Source: an uncultured Clostridia bacterium (lineage in GTDB: Bacteria > Bacillota > Clostridia > Christensenellales > CAG-314). From it: a stretch of 64,000 nucleotides of DNA. The notes beneath the pieces are model-generated. The model had not been told where the DNA came from and did not search any database. It worked only from the letters and a program-made list of their open reading frames with translations. Location of the stretch: the NCBI GenBank assembly GCA_947570215.1, contig CANOTO010000001.1:70730-134729 (forward strand), read 5' to 3'. Within the stretch, counting starts at the first letter, position 1. Every line of letters starts with the position of its first letter. A program made the position numbers and the translations under genes. This document shows, piece by piece, positions 1 to 9,742 of the stretch.

Positions 1-183
1 ACAAGCGTAGACTACCGCCGCCAGCACCTGAATAAGAGCCGTAACGCCCGCTATACCGAACAAAATATAACTAACCATACTGCGGTCGCCGAATGCGAAA
101 TACACGCACATTGACGCTATAAAAAACACAACGAATAACGCTATGACTATACTGTAACTTACGTATTTACCCGATTTATTCAT
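1..183 (-). CDS. Membrane protein, N-terminal part (runs off window start)
   Basis: Manual translation from ATG at 183: MNKSGKYVSYSIVIALFVVFFIASMCVYFAFGDRSMVSYILFGIAGVTALIQVLAAVVYAC; two hydrophobic segments; GGAG RBS upstream. Confidence 0.7.
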   Translation of the reverse strand, partial: MNKSGKYVSYSIVIALFVVFFIASMCVYFAFGDRSMVSYILFGIAGVTALIQVLAAVVYAC

Positions 184-382
184 AAATTCCGCTCCGTTTT
201 TAATTACTCAGTTTTATATTATATTTTATGCAAACGCTACTAATCGCAAGATAATGTTACTAACGTGATACGATGTAATAGCGAGTTGTTAATAGCAGTT
301 AGTTGTAGTTAATCACAGTTATTTATTGTTCGTATGCTATGGTAGCAAACGATTAGCGGCAGTTAATTGCAGCAAAACGCGC

Positions 383-1138
383 TTAGTTGCCGTTATTCAA
401 GTCATTGTAATATACCCGTTCGAGCGTGAGCCCTTTGGCGGGCAGAGTTTTATACTTTAATTTAACACCGTTAAGCGCCTGTTTTACGTCTGACGCGCCA
501 TACTTACCCTTGCCGACTTCCACAAGCAGACCGCACATATTGCGCACCTGATTATACAAGAAGGCGTTGCCGTTTACCGCAAATTCGATTATTCCGCCGC
601 CGTTTTCTTCAACTTCGAAAAAGTTGACGGTACGTACCGTGCCCTTGAGATTACTTCCCGTCTTTTGAAAAGCTGCAAAGTCGTGCGTTCCCGCAAGCAG
701 CGCCGCGGCGCCGCTCATTGCGCAAACGTCAAGCGGCTTGTATATCTGCGTATGGTTTACGTCCAACGTAGGCTTACGCACGGGAGAGACGTATATACGG
801 TAAACGTAAGTTTTCGACACCGCCGAAAACCGCGCGTCGAAGTCATCCGAGACGATTTCGGCATTAGTTACCGCCACGCTTGCGGGCAGCGACAAGTTAA
901 CGCCCAAGCACAGCTTGTAGGGATTGACCTGCTTATCCGTCACAAAATGCGCAACCTGCCCCACTGCATGAACGCCCACGTCCGTACGCCCCGCGGCGTA
1001 TACGCGAACGAAGTCGCATCCGAAATACTTGCCGAGAGCTTTCTCTACCGTATCCTGCACGGAAACGCCGTTAGTCTGGCTTTGCCAGCCGCAAAAATCC
1101 GTCCCTACGTATTCGATTGTAAGTTTGATTTTAGGCAT
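383..1138 (-). CDS. truA: tRNA pseudouridine(38-40) synthase TruA
   Basis: EYVGTDFCGWQ, AGRTDVGVHA, FLYNQVRNM motifs; start taken at MPKIK; canonical position after ecfT. Confidence 0.96.
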   Translation of the reverse strand: MPKIKLTIEYVGTDFCGWQSQTNGVSVQDTVEKALGKYFGCDFVRVYAAGRTDVGVHAVGQVAHFVTDKQVNPYKLCLGVNLSLPASVAVTNAEIVSDDFDARFSAVSKTYVYRIYVSPVRKPTLDVNHTQIYKPLDVCAMSGAAALLAGTHDFAAFQKTGSNLKGTVRTVNFFEVEENGGGIIEFAVNGNAFLYNQVRNMCGLLVEVGKGKYGASDVKQALNGVKLKYKTLPAKGLTLERVYYNDLNNGN

Positions 1139-1143
1139 ATAAA

Positions 1144-1515
1144 TTACTTGATGATAGGCGAACCCAAATTTAGCGATTGCCGCCACATCGGCGCTTCACC
1201 GTCGTTACCCCAATATTCGTCTACGGAATAAATCTTATCTTCCCGCAGTACGATAAATGACGTGACATGAAAACGTAGTTTTTTATCCTGAGAAAACACC
1301 GCAACTACGGTAATAACCGTATTGCCTATTACTTCTATCCGTTCTATACTGCCGTCCCACAAATCGGGATACTCGCAATTTGCCCGAATAAATTCGTCCA
1401 CGGTAAAATGCTCGTTAGTGTTGTGCCAGTTAACATAGCCGTCGTCGCAGAAAAAGCTTTTTATCGTGCGTTCGTCTTGACGTAACACGGCATACCAATA
1501 TTCCTGTATGTTCAT
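1144..1515 (-). CDS. NTF2/SnoaL-like family protein
   Basis: 123 aa with YVNWHNTNE..FIRANCEYP..W.G..EYW pattern typical of Firmicute NTF2-like proteins. Confidence 0.7.
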   Translation of the reverse strand: MNIQEYWYAVLRQDERTIKSFFCDDGYVNWHNTNEHFTVDEFIRANCEYPDLWDGSIERIEVIGNTVITVVAVFSQDKKLRFHVTSFIVLREDKIYSVDEYWGNDGEAPMWRQSLNLGSPIIK

Positions 1516-1529
1516 ACGCTCGTTTTAAC

Positions 1530-2396
1530 CTAAAAATATAACCAGTTAACGCCGTTAATATACAGCCAACCGACGTCGGCGGTCGCCCACTTGCTTTGCA
1601 TTCCGTATACTACGAATACCGTCACGAAAAACAGCAAGGCAATAAACGTTGCGACGAAATCACGCCAAGAAAGCTTCATTATCCGCATTTGAGTGCGTTT
1701 GTTAGAGCCTTCGTAGCAGCGGCTGTTCATTGCGTTGGCAAGTTCTTCCGCGCGGCGGAAACCGCCTACAAGCAGCGGAATGAGTATAGGCACGAAAGCC
1801 TTGACGCGCTTGACGAGTCCGCCCGTATCGAAGTTTGCGCCCCTTGCCTTCTGCGCGCGGATTATCCTGTCCGTTTCGTCGATAAGCCCCGGAATAAGCG
1901 ACAGCGTAAGACTCATAATAAGCGCGATCTCGTGAACGGGAACCTTGATTACTTTGAGCGGTTTTAACAGACTTTCTATAGCGTGGGTAAGGTCTACGGG
2001 GGTTGTGGTAAGGGTTAGCACGCTGGACCCCACGACCAGGTAGGTAAGCCGCAAAAACATTTTGGCTGCGAAATACAGACCGCCGTCGTATATCTCGAAT
2101 ATCCACCACTTGCATAAAAGCGTTCCCGTCTTGGTAAAGAATATATTGAGTATAACCGTTAAAAGAAGCAACACGATTATTCCTTTGACGGATTTCAATA
2201 TCGAGCGAAGCGGAATGCGCGACGAAGCGATAAGCGTTATCAAAAACACCGTAATAAACGCAAAGCCCGCAAAGCTGGTTACGAAGAATATTCCGACCAT
2301 AAACAGCAGACAAAGCAACAGCTTTACCCTTGCGTCCATACGGTGAATAAAGGAATCGGCGGGATAGTACTGACCGAAGGTGACGTCTTTAAGCAT
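1530..2396 (-). CDS. ecfT: ECF transporter transmembrane component T
   Basis: GQYYPADSFIHRMDAR, AQKARG, AMNSRCY motifs; start at MLKDVT. Confidence 0.95.
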   Translation of the reverse strand: MLKDVTFGQYYPADSFIHRMDARVKLLLCLLFMVGIFFVTSFAGFAFITVFLITLIASSRIPLRSILKSVKGIIVLLLLTVILNIFFTKTGTLLCKWWIFEIYDGGLYFAAKMFLRLTYLVVGSSVLTLTTTPVDLTHAIESLLKPLKVIKVPVHEIALIMSLTLSLIPGLIDETDRIIRAQKARGANFDTGGLVKRVKAFVPILIPLLVGGFRRAEELANAMNSRCYEGSNKRTQMRIMKLSWRDFVATFIALLFFVTVFVVYGMQSKWATADVGWLYINGVNWLYF

Positions 2397-3306
2397 TGCC
2401 GACACCCCCTTTAAGCGCAAGCACCGCGTCAAACACCTGCTCGACCGTTTTACAATCGTCGGGAATAACGTAGCCTTGACGCTCCAATTCGTTACAAAAC
2501 TTGGCCATATGCGGGATTTCGAGATTCATCGAGATTATCTCGTCTTCTTTTTTGAACAGCTGTCTCGGCGTAGTATCGTAAGCCACTTCGCCTTCTCTGA
2601 ACACTATAATTCGGTCGGCGTTTTCATATACTTCGTTCATATCATGCGAAACCATAACGACGGTTACGCCTTTGTGCCTGTTAATAGACGACACAAGCGA
2701 CAAAATCTCGCGCTTACCCCTTGGGTCAAGTCCCGCGGTAGGCTCGTCCATAACCAATATTTGCGGCTCCATTGCCAGCACGCCCGCAAGCGCGACGCGA
2801 CGTTTTTCTCCGCCGGACAAGTCGAAAGGCGACTTGTTCTTGACCTTGTCGAAATCCATTCCGACAAGCTCTAACGCGTTTTGGGCAAGCTGCTCGCGCT
2901 TTTCCTTATCAGTAACGCCGAAATTTTTAAGTCCGAAGCATACGTCGTCTAAAACCGTATCGGCAAACAGCTGATATTCGGGATACTGGAACACCATTCC
3001 AACTCTTCCGCGCAGGGTTTTAAGATCCACCTTTTTGGCGGAAAGATTGTAATCGAGAACAAACAAACCGCCGTTTTGAACGCGAATCAAAGCGTTCAGA
3101 TGCTGAACAAAAGTGGTTTTGCCGCTGCCCGTATGACCGACAATGGCAACAAATTCTCCGCGGTTGACGGTGAGCGTTACGTCCTTTAACGCCTGCTTAC
3201 TGAAAGGAGATTTGGGATTGTACGTAAAATTGAGTTTGTCCGCTACGATTGCGGCGGCGCCGTCGGCAACGGCTTGTGGAATAACTACTTTGTCAGATTT
3301 CGACAT
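2389..3306 (-). CDS. ecfA2: ECF transporter ATPase A2
   Basis: GHTGSGKT, FQYPEYQLF, LSGGEKRRVA, DEPTAGLDP; start at MSKSDK behind GGGGGTGG. Confidence 0.95.
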   Translation of the reverse strand: MSKSDKVVIPQAVADGAAAIVADKLNFTYNPKSPFSKQALKDVTLTVNRGEFVAIVGHTGSGKTTFVQHLNALIRVQNGGLFVLDYNLSAKKVDLKTLRGRVGMVFQYPEYQLFADTVLDDVCFGLKNFGVTDKEKREQLAQNALELVGMDFDKVKNKSPFDLSGGEKRRVALAGVLAMEPQILVMDEPTAGLDPRGKREILSLVSSINRHKGVTVVMVSHDMNEVYENADRIIVFREGEVAYDTTPRQLFKKEDEIISMNLEIPHMAKFCNELERQGYVIPDDCKTVEQVFDAVLALKGGVGNA

Positions 3307-4136
3307 ACTTCCACCCCCAACGTCCGCGCGTCTATACAATTTTCCGTCACGTCAAAGCCGACGCTTTTAAGCTTAGCCGCCAATGCAACCGACCGCGGCG
3401 CGTCAAGGCCTACGGCCTCGAGCAGACGTTCGTCGGCGAATATTTCCGACGGTTTACCGATTTTTACAATATGTCCGCCGCTCATTACGACAACTTCGTC
3501 GCAGCCGTACACTTCTTCCATAAAGTGCGTGATAAGAATAACTGTCATACCCTGCTTATTCAACTCGCGGGCGACGGACAGAACTTCGCGCCGTCCCTGC
3601 GGGTCGAGCATTGCGGTAGATTCGTCGAATACTATTACCTTGGGACGAATAGCCAAAGCTCCCGCAATTGCTATACGCTGCTTTTGTCCGCCGGACAGCT
3701 TGTGCGGAGAACGCTTGGCGTATTCCGTCATGCCTACCTGCTCTAACGCCGAATAAACCCGTTCCACAATCTCCGGCTGCGGAACGCCCAAATTTTCAGG
3801 CCCGAACGCCACGTCCTCTTCGACTATGCTTGCAACCATCTGATTGTCGGGGTTTTGAAAAACCATACCGACGTTTTTACGTATTTCGAATATATTCTTT
3901 TTGTCCGCCGTGTCCAGTCCGCATACGGTAACCGTACCGCTGTTGGGAACAAGCAGCCCGTTAAGAAGCTTCGCCAGCGTAGACTTGCCCGAACCGTTGT
4001 GTCCGACAAGAGCTACGAAAGCGCCTTCGCGTATTGTAAGGTTTATACCTTCCACGCCAGACGCTTGGGCGGCGGCGCCTTCGTCGTCGTACGTTTTGTA
4101 GTAGTAGCTTACGTTTTCCAATGTGATGATATCCAT
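3285..4136 (-). CDS. ecfA1: ECF transporter ATPase A1
   Basis: GHNGSGKST, FQNPDNQ, LSGGQKQRIAIAG, DESTAMLDP. Confidence 0.95.
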   Translation of the reverse strand: MDIITLENVSYYYKTYDDEGAAAQASGVEGINLTIREGAFVALVGHNGSGKSTLAKLLNGLLVPNSGTVTVCGLDTADKKNIFEIRKNVGMVFQNPDNQMVASIVEEDVAFGPENLGVPQPEIVERVYSALEQVGMTEYAKRSPHKLSGGQKQRIAIAGALAIRPKVIVFDESTAMLDPQGRREVLSVARELNKQGMTVILITHFMEEVYGCDEVVVMSGGHIVKIGKPSEIFADERLLEAVGLDAPRSVALAAKLKSVGFDVTENCIDARTLGVEVCRNLTK

Positions 4137-4205
4137 AGTTATAGTCCTTACGGGTATATCTCGATAAGTCTTAGTTCCCGCATAGCCCGCGGATTGCGCA
4201 ATACG

Positions 4206-5012
4206 CTACGACTGCTTCGTGTACGTTTGCAGCCACTTGGCTACGCGTTGTTCGTCAACGTTATATTCTTCCGAAAAAAAACGTTTTACCGTCTTGTACT
4301 TGCGAATAATCTTTTTGTAAGCGGAATCGAAATATTTTGCTTCGACGTTGCCCGCCACTCCGAGAATTTTGCGATATTTGTTAAAATGCTTATAGGTCTC
4401 GTACTGTTTGACAAACCTCTTGTTACTTTCCACCCGATAAAAGTTAGACAGCATATAGTCGCTTTTTACCGTCTCGAGATCCGCGCCCAACGCAAGCAAA
4501 ATAAGCATGCTCGCCACGCCAGTCCGATCCTTGCCGGCAGTACAATGGAACAAAAACGTTCCGCCTTCGTCCATTACCCTGAACATTTCGGCGTACGCGC
4601 GGTTGTGAAACGGAAACTTGCGGTACAACTGCTTGAAGCGCAATCGAAACACGCATTTGGATACTCCCGACGGAAGCCAAGTAGGAATCATCTTGACTAC
4701 CTTGTCCGGCTTTACAACCATGCTTTTACGCGTTTGCGCGGCAGGTACGTTGCGATATACCGCCCCGCTTGGAACGTAATCGGGCTTATACTCCACTTCG
4801 TCGTATCCGCGTAAATCGAATATATAATCTATGCCGAGCTTGTCCAACTCCGCCTTGTCGCCGTCCGACAAGCCGAACAGCTCGCCCGAACGAAAAATCA
4901 TACCGTCTTTTATAACGCGACCGTTTTCAAGAACTATTCCGCCCAAATCGCGGAAGTTGTCTACGGTTATATCGGGATACTTGACCCCGTAATCTTTTTC
5001 CTTATAGTACAT
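4206..5012 (-). CDS. Protein-tyrosine/lipid phosphatase (Y_phosphatase3-like)
   Basis: NFRDLGG, FRSG, DLR, HCTAGKDRTG, DYMLSN. Confidence 0.92.
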   Translation of the reverse strand: MYYKEKDYGVKYPDITVDNFRDLGGIVLENGRVIKDGMIFRSGELFGLSDGDKAELDKLGIDYIFDLRGYDEVEYKPDYVPSGAVYRNVPAAQTRKSMVVKPDKVVKMIPTWLPSGVSKCVFRLRFKQLYRKFPFHNRAYAEMFRVMDEGGTFLFHCTAGKDRTGVASMLILLALGADLETVKSDYMLSNFYRVESNKRFVKQYETYKHFNKYRKILGVAGNVEAKYFDSAYKKIIRKYKTVKRFFSEEYNVDEQRVAKWLQTYTKQS

Positions 5013-5025
5013 TGTGATTATCCCG

Positions 5026-6561
5026 TTATTCGTCTTTCATCAAATACCGCACAAGGTATGTCGCGTTATCGCTTGCTTCACAAATTACGTTGCACAAACC
5101 GTCGTAATAATTACTGTCGTACACGTTTACGTCTTCTTCACCTGACGAGCACACCTTTATTTTGCCGCTTATCCAATCGTCCGTCGTTCCGAGATAGCTG
5201 ACGTTAATCTTATCTCCCAAAAACGCGCCTACGCCTATCTTGGTTAAAGACGCCGGCAGACGTATGCTTGTTACGGCGCAATGAGCGAACGCTTCCTTGC
5301 CGATAGTTTTAAGCTTGGAGTGCTCCGCATCCGAAAAAGACACGGTTGCAAGCGTTTCGCAGCTGTCGAACGCGCCGTCGCCGATAGAAACAACACTTGT
5401 GGGAATTATAACGTTCTTTAACGACGAGCAGCCCATAAAGGCGTAATCTTCGATTGCCGTTATTCCGCGTAAACTTGCCACGTGGTCGCCGCTGTCGATA
5501 CGTTCGAGACCTTTACAGCCTTGAAACGCGCCTTCGCCTATTACCGTAACCTCTTGCGGTATTACGGAAGATTTACAGCCGATGATAAGCTTGTCGAAGG
5601 ATATTACGCAATTACCTTCGGAATAATAGTTGATATTGCCCTTGGCTACCGTTAACGTATCAATCGATACGCAATTGGAAAACGCGCGCGTGCCGATATT
5701 TTTAACCGTAGCGGGGATATTAACGCTTGTTAGCGTATGACAACCGGAAAACGCATTGATTTCTATGGTTTCCAATGCGCTCGGAAGCGTGAAGTCCGTT
5801 AACTTGCGGCACTCGTAAAAAGCCCTTTCGCTGATTGTTTTTAACGTTGAAGGGAATTGTATGGCGGCAAGACTGTGGCATCCGTTGAAGGTATGCTTCG
5901 GCAGCAGCGTCATATTCTCGGGAAGATTGACTTTGACAAGATTTTTGCAGCCGTCGAATACAAATTCGCCGAAAGCGTTTACGCGTCGGGGGAGCTCCGC
6001 TTCGGTAAGAGCCGTGCAGCCGTAGAACGCGCGGGAATCTATCGAAACTATGCTATCGGGAAGAATTACCGCCGTAATATTGCCGTTTTGGGCAAAGGCC
6101 TCGCGTCCTATTGACGTAACGGGCAAGCCTTCGTGTACGGACGGAACCACAATGACGTTATCGGTAACGCTGCCAATACCCGTTACGGTATACGTACCGC
6201 CCGCTTTGAGTTCCATTTGCAGTCCCAAAGTAGCGGCATAGTTCCACTTTGCGTACAGCGTTATATCTGCGGTCACTCTGTCGCGGTTAAAACGCCACTT
6301 GTCCGCAAGCTCCTTTTGCTTGTACCAACCGTCGAACACGTAACCCAAGCGTGTAGGTGCGGAAGGCTCGGATATACGGCTGTTATGCGCTACGTCGACA
6401 AGACTGTCCACCGCCGTTCCGCCGTTGGAATCAAATGTAACCGTATAGGTTGCGTCGCTATTGTTGCGCGTGCATACTACAACGACTACCGTTACGATAA
6501 TCGCTGCGACCAAAATCGCCGCCAACGCTATTATCAATATTTTGCGATTCATTTTCTTCAT
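5026..6561 (-). CDS. Surface protein with InlB B-repeat and BspA-type leucine-rich repeats
   Basis: N-terminal TM; YTVTFDSNGG..PTRLGYVFDGWY..LYAKW; many IGxxAFxxCxxLxxIxIP repeats. Confidence 0.9.
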   Translation of the reverse strand: MKKMNRKILIIALAAILVAAIIVTVVVVVCTRNNSDATYTVTFDSNGGTAVDSLVDVAHNSRISEPSAPTRLGYVFDGWYKQKELADKWRFNRDRVTADITLYAKWNYAATLGLQMELKAGGTYTVTGIGSVTDNVIVVPSVHEGLPVTSIGREAFAQNGNITAVILPDSIVSIDSRAFYGCTALTEAELPRRVNAFGEFVFDGCKNLVKVNLPENMTLLPKHTFNGCHSLAAIQFPSTLKTISERAFYECRKLTDFTLPSALETIEINAFSGCHTLTSVNIPATVKNIGTRAFSNCVSIDTLTVAKGNINYYSEGNCVISFDKLIIGCKSSVIPQEVTVIGEGAFQGCKGLERIDSGDHVASLRGITAIEDYAFMGCSSLKNVIIPTSVVSIGDGAFDSCETLATVSFSDAEHSKLKTIGKEAFAHCAVTSIRLPASLTKIGVGAFLGDKINVSYLGTTDDWISGKIKVCSSGEEDVNVYDSNYYDGLCNVICEASDNATYLVRYLMKDE

Positions 6562-6599
6562 CGAACAAAGTACTCCTTAAAGAGTCACATAATTATTTA

Positions 6600-6629
6600 A
6601 TTATACCCCGAATACAAAAAAATTGTCAA
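6600..6629 (-). promoter_or_regulatory. sigma70 promoter of LRR gene
   Basis: TTGACA-N18-TATAAT on minus strand. Confidence 0.7.
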
Positions 6630-6670
6630 CTGATATCCGTCAACGGACCATTTTATACCCTCGGATACGC

Positions 6671-6701
6671 TTGACAGCCGCCAAGCCACATATGGTATAA
6701 T
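6671..6701 (+). promoter_or_regulatory. Extended -10 promoter of FNT gene, leaderless geometry
   Basis: TTGACA-N19-TATAAT with TGn extension; ATG follows after 6 nt. Confidence 0.7.
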
Positions 6702-6707
6702 GCGAAT

Positions 6708-7520
6708 ATGTACACAGGATACGAAATTGCGGATAATTACAAAAGAACGGCGCTTACAAAAACTACAGCCAAATGGTATCGCACGCTTATATTGGCGATA
6801 TTCGCGGGAGCGTTCATAGCTTTTGCGGGAGCGCTTGCAACAATTGCGGGAACAGCGGACGACGGAACGAAATCCACTCTTATTAAAGCCGCCGTTTTCC
6901 CGGTAGGGTTAATACTTGTAGTATTGACCGGCAGCGAACTGTTTACGGGCAACTGTTTGCTTATTGCTCCGCTGCTCAGCCGCGACGTAAAACTTGCGCC
7001 GACGTTAAAAAACCTAAGTATAGTATACGCCGGAAATCTTGTCGGTTCGGTTGTCGTAGCGTTGCTTACCGTCTACTCGGGAGCGTTCGACGGCATACCG
7101 AACGCGATAGTATCCGCAGCCGCATACAAATGCGGACTGGGCTTCGGAACGGCTATGCTTCGCGCAATTCCATGCAATGTGCTTGTATGCTTTGCCGTGT
7201 GGTGTTCGTTCGCAGGGAAATCGACCGCGGGCAAGATTATCGCCGTATACCCGCCCATATTCGCATTTGTAGCGCTGGGAATGGAACACAGCGTGGCGAA
7301 TATGTATTATCTTGCGGCAGGATTGCTGTCTTCGGCGAAATACGGAATAGCGGCGCAAGGCTTGAACGCAGGAAACGCCCTGCTTTACAGTCTGCTTCCC
7401 GCCACACTCGGCAATATTATAGGCGGCACGGTGTTGACTGCCCTACCGCTGTGGCTTGCTTTCTTCCGCAAAAGCGCGCCGAACAAAAAGGCGGAGACAA
7501 ATGCGGCAGACGGCAAATAG
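6708..7520 (+). CDS. Formate/nitrite transporter family protein
   Basis: FPVGLILVVLTGSELFTGN, CNVLVC, EHSVANMY, TLGNIIGG. Confidence 0.95.
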   Translation: MYTGYEIADNYKRTALTKTTAKWYRTLILAIFAGAFIAFAGALATIAGTADDGTKSTLIKAAVFPVGLILVVLTGSELFTGNCLLIAPLLSRDVKLAPTLKNLSIVYAGNLVGSVVVALLTVYSGAFDGIPNAIVSAAAYKCGLGFGTAMLRAIPCNVLVCFAVWCSFAGKSTAGKIIAVYPPIFAFVALGMEHSVANMYYLAAGLLSSAKYGIAAQGLNAGNALLYSLLPATLGNIIGGTVLTALPLWLAFFRKSAPNKKAETNAADGK

Positions 7521-7531
7521 ACGCGTTACGG

Positions 7532-7560
7532 TTGACTTAAAGCGTAAACAAGAGTATAAT
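7532..7560 (+). promoter_or_regulatory. sigma70 promoter of rnpB
   Basis: TTGACT-N17-TATAAT immediately before the RNA gene. Confidence 0.85.
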
Positions 7561-7566
7561 TAAGCG

Positions 7567-7899
7567 GTAAGAGACAGCCAGACGGTTGCGTGGGGCAACT
7601 CACGAGGAAAGTCCGAGCGCCACAGAGCAAGAGCGCAGGCTAACGGCCTGTTAAGGCGACTTAAAGGAAAGTGCAACAGAAATATACCGCAGCGGACAAC
7701 TGCTGTAAGGGTGGAAATGCAGGGTAAGAGCCTACAAACGCTTTGGCGACAAAGCGTTCCTGTAAACCCCGCTCGGCGCAAGAAATGAGATTAAACGTTT
7801 GCTCGACGTCTCGATATATTCGCTTGAACCTGTCGGTAACGACCGGTCTAGAAAGATAACCGTCCAATACAGAACTCGGCTTACAGACTGAACTCTTAC
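7567..7899 (+). ncRNA. rnpB: RNase P RNA (bacterial, type A-like)
   Basis: GAGGAAAGTCC, AGTGCAACAGAAA, GGTAAGAG, TAAACCCC, ACAGAACTCGGCTTA conserved motifs; 5' GTAAGAG pairs with 3' CTCTTAC. Confidence 0.96.
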
Positions 7900-7907
7900 A
7901 AACACAT

Positions 7908-7943
7908 GAGGTCGCAAGGGTAATTCCCCTGCGACCTCTTTTT
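7908..7943 (+). terminator. Intrinsic terminator of rnpB
   Basis: GAGGTCGCA..TGCGACCTC stem followed by TTTTT. Confidence 0.85.
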
Positions 7944-7992
7944 GTACGCATCGCCTTCTCAATATTTTTATTTAGTTCACAATTATATCATT

Positions 7993-8388
7993 TTAATATT
8001 TGGTCATTCGCGATATGAATTTATCCACTCTTTCTTGATACTTTTGCAAAGCGGCATCGTATTCTTCACGCGATAAGTTAAATGTTCTGCTTTCTGTTTC
8101 GTCGTATGTAAACGATTGAATACGTTTTTGAACAGCCAACTGCCATTCGATACATCCCATTCTCCAACCGCCATGCAAAATTTCTTTCGCCGTTTTGGAC
8201 AATACGAATTTATCGTTTTTACAAGTTATCAATCCGCCGTTAAGCAAATTATTTACGGAATCTACAATTTCGTCGTAATTTATAACGGAATGATCCAACA
8301 TATCAATTGACGATATCCATCTTTCAACGTTTATTTTTCCTTCTATAACGCACAAAACCAAGCCGTCTAAGCCCTTGTAAGCAACCAT
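7993..8388 (-). CDS. Hypothetical protein, AT-rich (possible winged-helix-like)
   Basis: 131-aa ORF with GAGGAA RBS; lower GC than neighbours. Confidence 0.7.
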   Translation of the reverse strand: MVAYKGLDGLVLCVIEGKINVERWISSIDMLDHSVINYDEIVDSVNNLLNGGLITCKNDKFVLSKTAKEILHGGWRMGCIEWQLAVQKRIQSFTYDETESRTFNLSREEYDAALQKYQERVDKFISRMTKY

Positions 8389-8490
8389 ATTATTCCTCGT
8401 TATTATTACCGTCGATAGTTTTGACCGAATTATAATTTTGCGGAGGTTCCGATTCGCAGTTATTCATAGAAATTACATTCCATCAAATTA

Positions 8491-9741
8491 TCAAAGAATC
8501 ATACTCGCCATAAGCGTGCCTACGAGATTGAGCTCTTCGCCTTCCAGTATTTCGTACTTCATACCGTAATATTTCATAATTTCTTTTAGATTTCGTTCGA
8601 ATTCGGCGCGGTATCCAGTAAGTTTGTTAAAGGTTGTACCTTCCGCCACTATCGCAATCGGCAGAGACTTGTCCTTGCACGACTTGACGGCTATCGCGGC
8701 GTTTACAATCGCGCCCATCTTGGCAGAGCGGGCAATAAGCTCGCTGCAAATATCCCGCGCAAACCGCTCGTCGCAATCATTACTGAACTTACACGGAAAC
8801 TCGTCCCCGTCCAAAAACGCCGACACGTCCTTTAATTCGAATGGAGCGAGTTTCGCTTCTTTTTCGAAACAGTTTTCTCTATTGGCAGCCGCAAACGCTT
8901 CCGCAATGATATTGGCAAGATATTTGCCGCTGGTCATCTTTTCGAACAGCTGTTTGTCGGGCACAGCCGTACGGCTGATGCACGCTTTGTCGAAATCGCC
9001 CCGAACAAACCCGTCGTAATTGCCGCATTCGGTATTGACGAGCATTCCTCCGACGGGCAAGCCCGAAATTTTGCCGATATTCGCAGTGCTTTCTATGTAG
9101 CAGACGTTCGTACCCGTACCGTAAATATATCCCAAATACGCCGAGTATTTTTTGTCCGAATTAGCCATTCCGCCGAGAAGAGTAGCCGCGGTATCGTTTA
9201 GTACTACTATTCTCCTGTCCGCGTCGGAATAACGCTTACAGGCGTTAAGCGTTTCGCGCCCCACCTTGGTGCCGATAACTTCCGGCGCGTTGATTTCCTT
9301 GCTGAACATTACCACTTCGCCGTCTACGTCCGCTCCCATATTTACTTGATAGGAAAAGCAAAAACCCATATCGGTCGCTTCGTCCAAATGCGATTTAAGT
9401 CTGTCGGCGATTGCGCCGTAAAATTCTTGCTTGCCGTAATATGCTCCGTCGGATGCGGGCATGGCGCTTTTTTCCAAACGTCTGATTACAGCCTTGCCGT
9501 CGTTGTCAAAGTTGCCGATAGCCACGCGGAAATTGGTTCCGCCTGCGTCTATAAGTATCCGCTTGTCGTTAGGCTTGATAAGCGAACGGTCTACGTTCAT
9601 AAGATACGTCGGAATCATCGGCATTCCGCCCTTGCCGGCAAGTCCGAGGCTCATTTTAAGCAAAAAATCGTCTATACAATTCTGTACATTTACGTTATCC
9701 GCGCTTTGATTGTGTTTTATAAGAAATTGTTTCGCGTTCAT
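8491..9741 (-). CDS. Hexokinase family protein
   Basis: MPMIPTY, IDAGGTNFRV, MGFCFSY, FSKE, LNDT.ATLLGG, GYIYGTGTNVCY.E, NTECG, FEKMTSGKYL. Confidence 0.92.
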   Translation of the reverse strand: MNAKQFLIKHNQSADNVNVQNCIDDFLLKMSLGLAGKGGMPMIPTYLMNVDRSLIKPNDKRILIDAGGTNFRVAIGNFDNDGKAVIRRLEKSAMPASDGAYYGKQEFYGAIADRLKSHLDEATDMGFCFSYQVNMGADVDGEVVMFSKEINAPEVIGTKVGRETLNACKRYSDADRRIVVLNDTAATLLGGMANSDKKYSAYLGYIYGTGTNVCYIESTANIGKISGLPVGGMLVNTECGNYDGFVRGDFDKACISRTAVPDKQLFEKMTSGKYLANIIAEAFAAANRENCFEKEAKLAPFELKDVSAFLDGDEFPCKFSNDCDERFARDICSELIARSAKMGAIVNAAIAVKSCKDKSLPIAIVAEGTTFNKLTGYRAEFERNLKEIMKYYGMKYEILEGEELNLVGTLMASMIL

Positions 9742-9742
9742 C

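Noticed and set aside
7560-7962. Short minus-strand ORFs over 7560-7962
   Set aside because: They are antisense to RNase P RNA.
7993-8388. Second inverted-repeat-bounded cassette
   Set aside because: AT-rich and probably accessory, but no terminal repeats or target duplication found by eye.
8491-9741. Eukaryote-like hexokinase as horizontal transfer
   Set aside because: The family is known in anaerobic bacteria and composition matches the host.
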